The notes under the pieces: generated by a model | Seen by the model: the letters and a program-made list of their open reading frames with translations, nothing else | Told to the model about the DNA's origin: nothing | Database searches by the model: none | Shown: piece after piece, positions 1 to 12,917 of the stretch | Numbering within the stretch: the stretch's first letter is position 1 | Layout: the number at the start of each line of letters is the position of its first letter | Source: Malacoraja senta | Lineage: Eukaryota | Length of the DNA: 64,000 nt | Assembly (NCBI GenBank): GCA_038087875.1 | Contig: CM075980.1 | Coordinates: forward strand, 14,880,001 to 14,944,000 | Direction: 5' to 3' | Made by a program: the position numbers and the translations under genes

Positions 1-950
1 ATCCTCACTCACAAGATGATTTAAATGCCCATTAATTTACAGGTATTAAACATTCAATTCCTTTAATTTGGCCTGTAAATTCATGAAAATGAGAGTTAAA
101 AATTATGTTATATTGTGAATTATTGTGTGAATGTTATTTGGACACTTAGGCTATTTAAAAATGTTAATCTATTCTTAAGAAATTGATAGATGTTTAGATC
201 TAGTAATTGAATTTTGTAATTAGCTACAATTAGGTAACTAACTCATTATATGCTTTACTTTCATGTCTTCTAAGTAAGATTGTTTCATATTTGTTTCAGA
301 ATGCTTCAATCTATAATAACTGAAAATTTCTTTCAGTTATCTTAATTTTTAAGAAAGTTATGGGCTTTTAACTGTCCTCGATCACAGCTTTTGTGTTAAG
401 TCAATGGAAAAGCAATAGGGAACAAGATGCTAATTTCCAAGTATGAAAATGGCCATAACTTCTTTAATACTGAAGATATGAAAGTGAATTAGGTGTCAAA
501 TTAAACTTCTTTTTATGCTTTATCTGATGGGATAAATTGCAGACTTTATTTTGAAAATCTCAAAATTTTGTAACATTGCTAGTAAATGTACTGTGTCACT
601 TCTTGTAGAATCCAATATGTAGTTATAATTTCTGGTCCTGGTCACTTCTTGAAGTAATATATTTTTGCTCTGTAGGAAGTTGTGCCCTGCTCTGCATAAC
701 TTCCTGTTTTAATAATTGCCTTTTTGTATCAGCTCCTGCAGCACCAGTTTTAGATTACTTCTTGCTGTAATCCCTTTCTGAAACATTAAACCATTTATGT
801 AAAACAACGGAATATATCACTTTGCATTAAATATTATAAATAGTTTCCCAACCTAAAATGTTACTGAGCTTCTACCAGCTGAAAGGTAGAGTAACATGTT
901 TGTGTTATTCCATGCACAAGTATAATAATGATGTTTCACTTGTTTTGCAG

Positions 951-1042
951 CTAACAATGAATGACTTCAGTGTACATCGAATAATTGGAAGGGGAGGATT
1001 CGGAGAAGTATATGGATGCAGGAAAGCTGATACTGGAAAAAT
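951..1042 (+). CDS. GRK3: GRK3 coding exon 8 (human numbering): [30 protein letters not shown](M), kinase Gly-rich loop
   Basis: ttttgcag acceptor ends at 950; AT|gtaatt donor; 92 nt; GxGxxG motif of GRK2/3. Confidence 0.97.
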
Positions 1043-1070
1043 GTAATTTTTTCCCTGTTTTTAGTATTTA

Positions 1071-2606
1071 CAGTGGCTTGCAAAAGTATTCATACCCCTT
1101 GAACTTTTCCACATTTGTCACGTTACAACCACAAACGTAAATGTATTTTATTGGGATTTTATGTGATAGACCAACATAAAGTGGCGCATAATTGTGAAGT
1201 GGAAGGAAAATGATACATGGTTTTCAAATTTTTTTACAAATAAAAAACTGAAAAGTGTCGCGTGCAAAAGTATTCAGCCCCCTTTACTCTGATACCCCTA
1301 AATAAAATCCAGTGCAACCAATTGCCTTCAGAAGTCACCTAATTAGTAAATAGAGTCCACTTGTGTGTAATCTAATCTCAGTATAAATACAGCTGTTCTG
1401 TGAAGACCTCAGAGGTTTGTTAGAGAACATTAGTGAACAAACAGCATCATGAAGCCCAAGGAACACACCAGACAGGTCAGGGATAAAGTTGTGGAGAAGT
1501 TTAAAGCAGGGTTAGGTTATAAACAAATATCCCAAGCTTTGAACATCTCACGGAGCACTGTTCAATCCAATATCCGAAAATGGAAAGAGTATGGCACAAC
1601 TGCAAACCTACCAAGACATGGCCGTCCACCTAAACTGACAGGCCGGGCAAGGAGAGCATTGATCAGAGAAGCAGCCAAGAGGCCCATGGTAACTCTGGAG
1701 GAGCTGCAGCGATCCACAGCTCAGGTGGGAGAATCTGTCCACAGGACAACTATTAGTCGTGCACTCCACAAATCGGGCCTTTATGGAAGAGTGCAAGAAG
1801 AAAGCCATTGTTGAAAAAAAGCCATGAGAAGTCCCGTTTGCAGTTTGCCACAAGCCATGTGGGGGACACAGCAAACATGTGGAGGAAGGTGCTCTGGTCA
1901 GATGAGACCAAAATTGAAGTTTTTGGCCTAAATGCAAAACGCTATGTGTGGCAGAAACCTAACACTGCACATCACCCTGAACACACCATCCCCACTGTGA
2001 AACATGGTGGTGGCAGCATCATGCTGTGGGGATGCTTTTCTTCAGCAGGGACAGGGAAGCTGGTCAGAGTTGATGGGAAGATGGATGGAGCCAAATACAG
2101 GGCAATCTTGGAAGAAAACCTGTTGGAGTCTGCAAAAGACTTGAGACTGGGGCGGAGGTTCACCTTCCAGCAGGACAATGACCCTAAACATACAGCCAGA
2201 GTTACAATGGAATGGTTTAGATAAAAGCATATTCATGTGTTAGAATGGCCCAGTCAAAGTCCAGACCTAAATCCAATTGAGAATCTCTGGCAAGACTTGA
2301 AAATTGCTGTTCACAGACGCTCTCCATCCAATCTGACTGAGCTTGAGCTATTTTGCAAAGAAGAATGGGCAAAAATTTCAGTCTCTAGATGTGCAAAGCT
2401 GGTAGAGACATACCCCAAAAGACTTGCAGCTGTTATTTGTAAAAAAATTTGAAAACCATGTATCATTTTCCTTCCACTTCACAATTATGCACCACTTTGT
2501 GTTGGTCTATCACATAAAATCCCAATAAAATACATTTACGTTTGTGGTTGTAACGTGACAAAATGTGGAAAAGTTCAAGGGGTATGAAAACTTTTGCAAG
2601 CCACTG
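1071..2606 (+). mobile_element. Tc1 DD34E transposon, family 1 (TIR CAGTGGCTTGCAAAAG...)
   Basis: TA at 1069-1070 and 2607-2608; about 170 bp of matching inverted repeat; inner direct repeat near 1263 in the left IR only. Confidence 0.96.
1449..2435 (+). pseudogene. Tc1 transposase pseudogene (paired-like HTH, GRPPK, WSDETK / QQDNDPKH / LNPIE, 34 residues between second D and E)
   Basis: ORFs 1449-1814, 1808-2224, 2237-2452; one frameshift near 1793, one TAA at 2222-2224, C-terminal deletion near 2433. Confidence 0.93.
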
Positions 2607-3329
2607 TAATTCCATAAGATTCAGTTATAATTTAAAAATCTTTCGACATATAAAATAATGTGTAGCATGGAGGATGGCAAGGAGATTGGAATATGAAATT
2701 GATTAACACAAGCTGAAATGATTTCACAACAGGTTATGGTATCAGCTGATGTGCATTAAATGCAGAATAATATACAAAGATGGATGTGTACTGCCTGCAA
2801 AATAGCATGGCGCCAGAATGCATTCAGGATAATAAGAAGGCTAGATTGTTAGATCTTGGAAAATACTGCATAGTTGTTCTCAGAGCCTTTTGGCTGCTTT
2901 ACAGCCGAGGAACCTAAATGTAATCTGCTCGCAGACCAAATACTCTGTCCAAGCATTCACATAAAAAACGAATTAAAACAAGAATGCCATAGCCATTACT
3001 GAAAAGTCAAGATTGTCCCTCCTAGTGCAAATCAGTGAGGATTAAGAATTGCATCTGTTAGTGATTAATGAATACCGGGGATAAGTTAGTGGCAGTGTAC
3101 GTGTTTGTCTTTGTTACAGATTTTAACTCCACATTCACGCTTACTCAATCTAAATGCTTTAAAGAAAATATAATTTTCTTCAGCAAATGAGAATTTATAA
3201 CAGCATGCTTTAGCCAAGAAAAAAGTAATACTATTTACGACCATTGAATAACTTAATTCAGTCTTGACCAAAGTGGTTTTGTGTGAGATTTCTATGTCTT
3301 TGGGAATATCATATTTGTGTCAATAGGTT

Positions 3330-4055
3330 CATCAGGGAGGGTTGCACTATTACCAAGGATGCTGCCTGGCTCGCTTTGCAGCCAGTTATAGTATTCGGGC
3401 CTTGCCGCAGTCTGCAGGTGTCCAAATGATTATACTGGGACTCAGTTTGTCCTGGTGTTGTCCCTTGGCATTCTTGATAGCTTTACGAAGATCGTCACAA
3501 GCTTTCTTGTTCCTCTCGGGGTCGTTTGACATGTATGCAACCATCTTGGCCTTCACCTGGGAATGTACCTCACGGTTCATCCATGGTTTCTGGTTAGGTA
3601 ACACTTGGATTGTCTTCTTCGGCATGCATTCCTCTACACTCTTGCTGATGAAGTCAGTCTCAGCAGTGGTGTACTCATTCAGGTTGGCCGCAGATTCCCT
3701 GAATGTGGTCCAGTCCACGGACTCAAAGCAGTCGCATAGAATGTCATCTGTATCTGCAGACCAGCACTGAACAACTTTCTATACTGAATCTTCCCGCTTC
3801 AGTTTCGTTTGTAGGCAGTGAGTAAAAGCACAGCTAGATGGTCAGATTTCCTGAAATGTGGCCAGGGAATGGAGCGGTAGGTATTTTTTATGGATGTGTA
3901 GCAGAGATCGAGGGTGTTCTGGTGTGTCAAGACACATGCTGATAGTATTTAGGTAGTACACTCTTGAGGGTGGCTAGATTGAAGTGCCCTGCTGTAATGA
4001 CCAGGGCTACGGGGTATTTTGCCTTAAGGCTATTGATAGTGGAATAAACCTCCTC
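3330..4055 (-). mobile_element. Rex-Babar-like LINE fragment (endonuclease end and EN-RT linker)
   Basis: ORF 3386-3718(-) DWTTF...PNQKPWMN...LRKAIKNAK; upstream TLDLCYT...KSDH motif. Confidence 0.75.
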
Positions 4056-4074
4056 CACTATTATCCACTGTTTT

Positions 4075-4480
4075 CTCTGACAAACCAATTTTGAATCCAA
4101 TCAACAAGTTTCAGTGGATCCCCTGTTCCTCAGTCTTTTGGATCAGCTTACCCGAAGAAACCGTGTTGATTGCTTTACTAAAGTCCATGTTGACGACAGC
4201 CCCTGCCCTACACATTCATCTTCATAACCTCCTCAAGAAATTCAATCAAGTTTGGAGGTATGACTTCTCCTGCAGAAAACCATGATGGCTATGCCTTCCT
4301 ATATTTGAGTAAATCCTATCCCTAAGAATCTTCTCCAAAAAAATCCCTGATGCAAGGCTCACCAGCCTATAGTTCCCTGGTTTGACTCCTCTTCTTAAAT
4401 AGAAGAGCAACATTGGCTAATCTCCAGTCCTCTGGGACCTAGGCTGCGGCTGAATAGGATACAAAGATCTCAACCAAGTA
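4075..4480 (-). mobile_element. CR1 LINE RT fragment, degraded
   Basis: minus strand reads GRAV..MDFSKA....WIQNW. Confidence 0.7.
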
Positions 4481-5067
4481 TCTCTGTCTTTATCCAAAAA
4501 GTTCCATAAAAAGAACTCAACACTGCACCCGTTATCAGTTAATATCCCTGTATTGACCTGATGATGGAGTGAAAAGGATTGATAAAGCAGCTGAAGATAG
4601 TTGAGCCTCACATCATGCCGAAGAACTCCCGCTGCCAGTGTCCTGGGTGATTGGCCTATAATTACCTTACTTTGTGTTGAGCGAATAGAGTTTTCCATGT
4701 GAAAATTCCATTCCTAAAATACACTGAATGTCATCTTAAAGACAAATTGAATTCAAAATACAAGTCATTTTCTTTTTTGCTTCTTCCAACCAAGGGGTAA
4801 AGGACACCAATTTAATAATATATTATCTTGTTTTGGGGGAATCATGTTTGGTATATAATCAAAAGCAGTTTGCCTTTCTGTTGGATATTCTGCTGTAGGT
4901 ATGAATAATGAAAGAATTGATTGTACTTGCACTTCTCACTTCTTTTACTTTCATTCTGTACCTAGATCATAAATCTATTTCATTACCTTTGTTTACTTTT
5001 AGTGATAAATAATACTGTATTACATTCTGATGAATTACCAAATTGTCCTCTTGTATTTTGTTTTCAG

Positions 5068-5167
5068 GTATGCCATGAAATGCTTGGATAAAAAGCGAAT
5101 CAAGATGAAACAGGGAGAAACATTAGCCCTTAATGAACGAATCATGTTGTCCCTGGTCAGCACTGGG
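5068..5167 (+). CDS. GRK3: GRK3 exon 9: (M)[33 protein letters not shown]
   Basis: ttttcag acceptor, gtaagt donor, 100 nt; completes the split ATG; contains catalytic Lys (AMK). Confidence 0.97.
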
Positions 5168-6254
5168 GTAAGTCCAATCATATGCACGTTGTTTGCAGAA
5201 GTGTTATGTACAATTTAACATATTAAGAAAAGCTCATTGCATTCATAATTCATTCACTCCTGGTTCTCCTGGTCATCAAACCAGTCTCTCTGTTTTCTGG
5301 GAGAAAAACAGAGTCACTTTTAATCTTGTCTCTTATTTATTATGGACTAGGGTGGTTCAGTAATTCTGTTGATTGGGAGTTGTTAGATTGACACCAAGCT
5401 ATTGACAGAACAGAGTTATCTTTATGGAGCCCATCAAGTTCATTAATTTTGATCTTCCCAAGGCATTTATGTTGCCATCCCCATTTAGTTGCTGATGGAG
5501 CAGATTAGATGATGGTTAATCTAACTTTCATCAGGACCAGAAACAGTAATCTAACAGTCTCTTATTTTCCAAATGCAGCTGTTTCTCCTCCTTAGTTTGA
5601 ACAATTCACCCATGCTTTCTTTTTTAGTGAAGCAGCATGGATTGGTATGTCACAGAATGGGAGCTAAGATGATTTTTGTTGACAAAATTGTTGCAACATA
5701 TTCAGTTAGTTACTTACAGTCACATTTCAACCTCTACGCTATTTCAGGTGTAACAGCTTTCTTGGAACATTGACTGGGACATGTAATCATGTTGTTCTGC
5801 AAGTCATTGCCAGAAGAATCATATTTTATTAATATTATGTTAGAAAATAATTCCTTTATTTGAGAAAGTTTGCTGCTTATCTTTGTATCAAGGTGTAACC
5901 TAACACAAGACCAAACCTTCCCTTCCACCGACTCCTCACCCAGCCCCTGATCAATACTAACCACACAACCCCATAAAAAACCTCTGACTGATCTTACTCC
6001 CAACCTTCAACCCAAATCAGGAAACCCCACCATTCATAGCAATCACTGATTCCACTGAAAATCCCTGATTAACTGTCTCTCTGTTCCACATCAAGCTGCA
6101 ATCACCACAAATCACTAGTTCCATGTGTCTTCGACTCAGCATCCAACTTTGCCCTTGGCACAGTTATTACAAATTAGCTTATGTTGATGCTCCTGATCCT
6201 GATTGGTCCTTTGCAATCTGACATTCCCTCACAACTGTAGCACCATCCAATCAC

Positions 6255-6590
6255 CAACTGGAGAATTGTCCTGACCTACCATCTACTTCATGAGAGACCC
6301 TCAGACTATCTTTAATCTGAAGAAGGGTCTCGACCCAAAACATCACCCATTCCTTCTCTCCAGAGATGCTGCCTGTCCCGCTGAGTTTCTCTGGCATATT
6401 GTGTCTACCTTTAATCTGACCTTGCTGGACTTTATCTTGCACTAAATGTTATTCCATTTATCCTGTGTCTGTACACCGTGGACAGCTTGATTGTAATCAT
6501 GTATAGTCTTTCCGCTGACTGGATAGTACGCAACAAAAAAGCTTTTCACTGTACGTCAGTACATATAATACAAAACTAAACTAAAACTCG
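6255..6590 (+). mobile_element. LINE 3' end with (AACTA)n-like tail, interrupted by a PLE terminal fragment at 6321-6408
   Basis: CTTTAATCTGA repeated at 6310-6320 and 6409-6419 around the PLE piece. Confidence 0.6.
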
Positions 6591-6634
6591 TTAGATCACA
6601 CTAAATTCAACTGGACACCTCCTATCATGAACCA

Positions 6635-6735
6635 TTTGCCTATTTCCTTCGCTCCATTGATGCTGCCGCACCCGCTGAGTTTCTTCAGCATTTTTGTCTA
6701 CCTTCGATTTTCCAGCATCTGCAGTTCCTTCTTGA
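6635..6735 (+). mobile_element. PLE 3'-terminal fragment including tail
   Basis: matches terminal sequence ...CATTTTTGTCTACCTTCGATTTTCCAGCATCTGCAGTTCCTTCTT of the other copies. Confidence 0.8.
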
Positions 6736-7559
6736 ACATTTTATCTACTCCTTTGGAACACTACTTGGGGAACTGGATCACAGTATTCAATGTTGCACCT
6801 GTTGTTGGGCACTCCCAGAACAGTCAACTATTGCTGTGATTCAGATCAGGCCTCCCTGAACAGCCCAAGTCTGGCATTATGGTAACTTAGTTCAGCTCAG
6901 TCGTCCCCTTTCATTTATTAACTTACCGTGGATTTTTCAACAATACAGGAAGCCTACTCACAATTTTCCTTACCCTTCTCAACGCTGATCCATGACCTTT
7001 CTTACCCCCCAATCTTTGCGCCTCTTTCCTCCAACCATAGTTAATAGTAACTATCGGTTCCAAAGCATAACCCTATTGGTCCAAATCCAGTACCAATCCA
7101 GACTATGACTGCCTCTTCAATCCATGATTTGGCACCAACCCCTTCCTGCCCATCAGGCCTGTCCGCCCTGTAATGCTGTGCCACAAAGAATCTCCAGGTT
7201 AATGTTTTCAAGTTGTTGACTTCAAAGTGTTAACAAGCCAGCTTGATGTCTAATTTGTGCAGTCACTGGTTACTTTGGCAGATGAAAGTGTGAGTGTCTC
7301 ACTGCTGCTGAGCTTAATGAGCCGTGCTTTATTGCCCTGTTGAAAAAATGCAGTGCTCACTGGTAACAAAGTGGCTTTCTCATGCTCTCAATAGCCAGCA
7401 TCAAATCGAATCAAGCTGTTTCCTACTGTTATCCTAAAGCAAATTATATATATTTAAAAAAAAAGCTAAATAAGGGTGGCTCTTTCAGAATCACTGAGCC
7501 CTAAAAGCATACCATAGAATATTGTATGAGTTCATGTTTAATGTATTGTGTTTAATGAA

Positions 7560-8130
7560 TTCTTTGTGTTGTGGATAAAGAAGAACCATTGGATGTGCTA
7601 CACTCTGATTTCCAGAAAGCATTTCATAAGATGGTGCAGAAAATAAATGCGGTGTAGGAGGTGATGTATTGGCATTAATCAAAGATCGGCTGACTAACAG
7701 AAACAGAGAGTAGACATGAATATGTATGTTGCTGCTTGGCAAGATGCAATTGGCAGTATGCTATGGGTAACGTTGTGGGATTCTAACTGCTTACAATTTA
7801 TATAAAATGATTTGGATGGAAAGACTGAAGGTATAGATGCAAAATTTGTTGATGACGCAATGATGTATGGGAAAGTATGTTATGAAGACGACATCATGTA
7901 GCTAGAGAGCGATGCAGATAGGTTAACTCCACGGGGAAACATTTGGCAAATGAGATCTAATGTGGCAAAATGTGAAATTATCTATATTGGTCGGAAAAAT
8001 AAAATGTATATTTTCTAAATAGTAAGAAATTGTGAAAGTCTGAGAGCTGAAGCAACTGGATGTCCAGGTGCAGAAACATATAGGCCAACACACAAGTATT
8101 GCAGGTCATTAGGAAAGCTAACAGAATTTT
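7560..8130 (+). mobile_element. Degraded CR1 RT fragment, apparently resuming at about 9935-10160
   Basis: DFQKAF, KFVDD and WQM..NVAKCE..IG motifs. Confidence 0.65.
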
Positions 8131-8132
8131 AT

Positions 8133-9552
8133 TGTAGAAACAAGGAACTGCAGATGCTGGTTTACAAAAAAAGATACAAAGTGCTGGAGTAACTCAGTGG
8201 GTCAGGCAGAGTCTCTGGAGAATCACTTGGACCATCTCCGACATCTCCCTACCTTTTCTTGATCTCCATCATAGGAGATAGACTACCAACTAACATCCAT
8301 TCTAAATCCACTGACTCCCACAGCTATCTAGACTACACGTCTTCCCACCCTGCTTCCTGTAACGACTATATTCCCAATTCCTCCGTCTACGCCGCATCTG
8401 CGCCCAAGATGAGGTGTGTAGGAAGGAACTGTAGATGCTGGTTTAAACTGAAGATAGACACAAAAAGCTAAAGTAACTCAGTGGGACAGGCAGCATCTCT
8501 GGAGAGAAGGAATGGGTGACGTTTCAGGTCGACGAGGTGTTCCATAACCAGGACATCGGAGATGTCCTCATTCTTCAGGGAACGGGGGTTCCCCTCCTCC
8601 ATCATAGATGAGGCCCTCACTAGGGTCTCCTTGATAACCCACAGCTCCGCTCTTGCTCCCCCTCCCTCCCCTTCCCCCCAGTCATAATAGGGACGGAGTC
8701 CCCCTAGTCAACACCTTCCACCCGATCAGCCGTCTTATACAGCACATAATCCTCCAACATTTTGCCACCTCCAAAGGGATCCCACCACTAGCCACATCTT
8801 CCCATCTCCAACGCTTTCCGAAAAGACCGTTCCCTCCGCAACTACCTGGTCAACTCGTCCCTTCCCATCCAAACCACCCCCTCCCCAGGTATTTTCCCCT
8901 GCAACCGCAGGAGACGCAACACCTGTCCCTATACCTCCCCCCCTCGACTCCGTCCAAGGACCTTGACAGTCTTTTCAGGTTAAGCAGAGGTTCACTTGCA
9001 CATCCTCCAACCTCATCTACTGTATCCGCTGTTCCAGGTGTGGACTCCTATATATCGGTGAGACCAAGCGCAGGCTCGGCGATCGTTTCGCTGAACACCT
9101 CTGCTCAGTCAGACTAAACCTACCTGATCTCCCAGTTGCTAAACACTTTAACTCCCCCTCCCACACTGACCTTTCTGTCCTGGGCCTCCTCCATTGTCAG
9201 AGTGAGGCACAGTGCAAATTGGAAGAACAGCACCTCATATTTCGCTTGGGCAGCTTACACCCCAGCGGTATGAACATTGACCTCTCTGACTTCAAGTAAC
9301 CCTTGCATTCCCTCCCTCTCCATCGCTCCCCTTCCCAGTTCTCCAACCAGTCTTACTGTCTCTGACTACATTTTATCTCCGTTTGCTTTGTTAACTTCTC
9401 CCAGCTAACAATGATCTATTCTACATTTGAACTATTCTACATTCCCTTTGTCCTATGTTCACACCTTGCACTTCCTTATCTATGTATCTCCCTCTCCCCT
9501 GACATGAGTCTGAAGAAGAGTCTCGACCCGAAACATCACCCATTCCTTCTCT
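8133..9552 (+). mobile_element. Penelope-like element, 5'-truncated: RT C-terminus, linker and GIY-YIG endonuclease; inverted terminal piece 8133-8222; nested PLE end 8418-8530
   Basis: LPFLD, YLDYTSSHP, NLIYCIRCSRCGLLYIGETKRRLGDRFAEH, HFN, GMN motifs; hammerhead-like core at 9510-9537. Confidence 0.9.
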
Positions 9553-9589
9553 ACAAATGTAAGTGAAATGCACCAGTCAGCTGAGACAG

Positions 9590-9790
9590 CAATCACTGCA
9601 GGGAAACAGAAGGTTGGGACTTCACTCCAGGCAAACAGGTCTGGGCAAACAGGTCTGAACATCACTACAGGCAAAGAACAGAGATTGGCATCATCACAGG
9701 CAGAACAAAGGTCTGGACATCACTACACGCAAAGACAAGAGGTCAAGGCATCACTACAGGCAAAGGACAGAGGAAAGGTCTGAGCATTAG
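9590..9790. repeat. Degenerate minisatellite, about 28-31 bp unit (AGGTCTGRACATCACTACAGGCAAAGAAC-like)
   Basis: catcactacaggcaaa recurs several times. Confidence 0.7.
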
Positions 9791-10259
9791 AATTACAAGA
9801 CATTTTAAAGATTTTTATTGCACTTTCAAGTTTTTGTTGTACTAAACTAAACTAAACTTTGCTCTAGACTCTGAGCAGCTTAAGTTCTATCCCCATGCAC
9901 CAGCTGGGTCTCTTTTTTTGAGAAAATAAGTTTATGGGTTGGAAGCAGTTCAGAAGATTCAGTACACAAATACCTAGATTGAGTGTGGTGCTCATGATGA
10001 AAGGTGGACAGGCTCTGTTTGTATCCATTGGAGCTTAGAAGAGGAGACTTGATTGAGACATACAAGATACTAATGGATCTTGATGATAGGATATTTCCTC
10101 GTGTGGAGAATCTAGAATGTGGTATAATTGTTTGAAGTTGAAAATTTGCCTTTTCTTCTTGATACCTTTCTCAGGCATTATACTTTCTTATCTTAAGAAC
10201 CATTGCCACATTTTCTGTCAACCTTTTTATGCTCAAAGGAGAACATACCCAGCTTCTCA

Positions 10260-10302
10260 GTCTGATGAAGGGTCTTGACCCGAAACATCACCCATTCCTA
10301 CC
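10260..10302 (+). ncRNA. Isolated PLE-derived hammerhead-like core flanked by a 12-bp TSD
   Basis: CTGATGA-A-GGGTC-TT-GACCC-GAAA-C-ATC; CCCAGCTTCTCA at 10248-10259 and 10303-10314. Confidence 0.6.
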
Positions 10303-10344
10303 CCCAGCTTCTCAAAGTTCCCCTGAGACATAAATCCCTAATTT

Positions 10345-10482
10345 CAAGTCAAGGGTTCTCAAGAGTTATAGGGAGAAGGCAGGGGAATGGGGTTAGGAGG
10401 AAGTGATAGATAGGCCATGATTGAATGGGCTTGATGGGCCGAATGGCCTAATTCTTTTCTTATCACTTATGACATGACCTCA
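10345..10482 (+). mobile_element. CR1 3' end
   Basis: gccatgattgaatgg...gggccgaatggcct 3' UTR hairpin and short tail. Confidence 0.7.
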
Positions 10483-11359
10483 TCCTAGAAATAATGCTCA
10501 TTCAGGTCATCCCCAGGTAATGAAAGGGTTTCAGTTTTCGGATGCCCATAAGCCGTTTTTGTCCATGTCGGAAAATACCCCAAAATCACTTGATCTAGTG
10601 ACCATACCTCCATAGTGTGGTAATGAATCGCATCACAAACATCTGTGACATATAAGGAAGAACAATTATAAAAAGTGAAGAGGGTGAGGAATTTAGTTAT
10701 ATCGTTCATAAGAATGGAAATATGTGCATATATCAGATTTTTTAATTTAGTAACATTAAATTATTAATATAATTAATGATTATAATAAGGGTGACCATAG
10801 GTCAGGCATTTGTTCCCTAATATGGCCTGCAAATCTTTGTTGCCATACTGGATTGAACCTCAAAAGTCTGCCCCATACAAATTTTCCCTGCAAATATTGA
10901 GTAAATGGACTAATCTAAACACTGTTCAAGTGCTAACATGACTTGCTTTTACTCTGGGCAGTGCAGTTATTAACTAGGTGTCAGGAGACTTGAATGAGTT
11001 TCTCAATGTCTTTATTCCCTTTTTATATTGTGCCTTATGGTGGTGATATTTATTATGAGCGAGTGTTACTCAGTTGAATTGTTGTTTAAATAATTCACTC
11101 TCATTGCCTATGGTAGATTGCTTTCCCTGTACAAATTGGTATATCACATTTATTTTCTTACGTTTTGATTAATGTTTTTTGTAAAAACATAATGTAAGAA
11201 ATATAAATAATTAACTATTTGACTCCTTTTGTTTGTTCTGCCATTCAACAGGATTGTAGCTGATATTTTACCTCGCTGCCACTAAACTCATTCCCCTTAA
11301 TTCACTTAATATCTGAAAATAAATATCAATAATATATATTAAAAGTTTTTATGTAGGTA

Positions 11360-12917
11360 CAGTGCCCTCCATAATGTTTAGGACAAAGACCCATCACTTA
11401 TTTATTTGCCTCTGTATTCCACAATTTGAGATTTGTAATAGAAAAAATCACATGTGGTTAAAGTGCACATTGTCAGATTTTGATAAAGGCCATTTTAATG
11501 AATTTTGGGTTCACCATGTAGAAATTACAGCAGTGTTTATACATGGTCTCCCCATTTCAGGGCACCATAATGTTTGGGACACAGCAATGTCATGTAAATG
11601 AAAGTAGTCATGTTTAGTATTTTGTTGCATATCCTTTGCATGCAATGACTGCTTGAAATCTGCAATTCATGGACATCATCAGTTGCTGGATGTCTTCTCT
11701 GGTGATGCTCTGCCAGGCCTGTATTGCAGCCATCTTTAGCTTATGCTTGTTTTGGGGGCAAGTCCCCTTCAGTTTTCTCTTCAGCATATAAAAGGCATGC
11801 TCAATTGGGTTCAGATCGGGTGATTGACTTGGCCACAAGAATTTACCATTTTTTAGCTTTTAAAAATTATTTTGTTGCTTTAGCAGTATGTTTGGGATTA
11901 TTGTCTTGCTGTAGAATGAACCGCCGGCCAATGGGTTTTGAGGCATTTGTTTGAACTTGAGCAGATAGGATGTGTCTATTCACTTCAGAATTCATTATGC
12001 TACTACCATCAGCTGTGGTATCATCAATGAAGATAAGTGAGCCAGTACTTTCAGCAGCCATACATGCCCAGGCCATAACACCCCACCACCGTGTTTCACT
12101 GTGAGGTGGTATGCTTTGGATCTTGGACAGTTCCTTCTCCCCTCCATACTTTGCTCTTGCAATCACTCTGATATGTTAATCTTTGTCTCATCTGTCCACA
12201 AGAACTTTTTTCCAGAACTGTGGTTGCTCTTTTAAGTACTTCTTGGCCAACACTAACCTGGCCATCCTATTTTTGCAGCTAACCAGTGGTTTGCATCTTG
12301 CAGTGTAGCCTCTGTGTTTCTGTTCATGAAGTCTGCTGTGGACAATGGTCATTGACAAATCCACACCTGACTCTTGAAGGGTGTTTCTGATCTGTCGGAC
12401 AGGTGGGTTTTTTCCTCTTTATTATAGAGAGAATTCCTTTGTCATCAGCTGTGGATGTCTTCCTTGGCCTGCCAGTCCCTTTGCGATTAGTAAGCTCACC
12501 AGTGCTCTCTTTCTTCTTAATGATGTTCCAAACAGTTGATTTTGGTAAGCCTAAGGTTTGGCTGATGTCTCTAACAGTTTTATACTTGTTTCTCAGTCTC
12601 ATAGTGGCGTCTTTGACTTTCATTGGCACAACTATGGTCCTCATTTTGATAAACAGCAATAAAAGTTTCCAAAGGTGATGGAAAGACTAGAGGAAAGACT
12701 AGGTGCTGAGAGCTCTCTTATAGCTGCATCAAGGAGGCAATTAAACACACCTGAGTAATTACAAATGCCTGTGAAACCGTGTGTCCCAAACATTATGGTG
12801 CCCTGAAATGGGGGGACTATGTATAAACACAGCTGTAATATCTACAAGGTGAAACCAAAATGTATAAAAATGGCCTTTATTAAAATCTGACAATGTGCAC
12901 TTTAACCACATGTGATT
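11360..12917 (-). mobile_element. Tc1 family 2, copy A (TIR CAGTGCCCTCCATAATG), outer part of one TIR missing; sits within an old minus-strand CR1 (about 11190-11310 and 12920-13520)
   Basis: TA then TIR at 11360; transposase pieces MKVKDAT...GRPRK, QQDNNPKH, LNPIEH. Confidence 0.93.

Noticed and set aside
1-583. AT-rich block ending TTTTGA..TCAAAA..CTAG|T as a Helitron 3' end
   Set aside because: The hairpin is weak and AT-only and the other end is outside the window; probably a repeat but not classifiable here.
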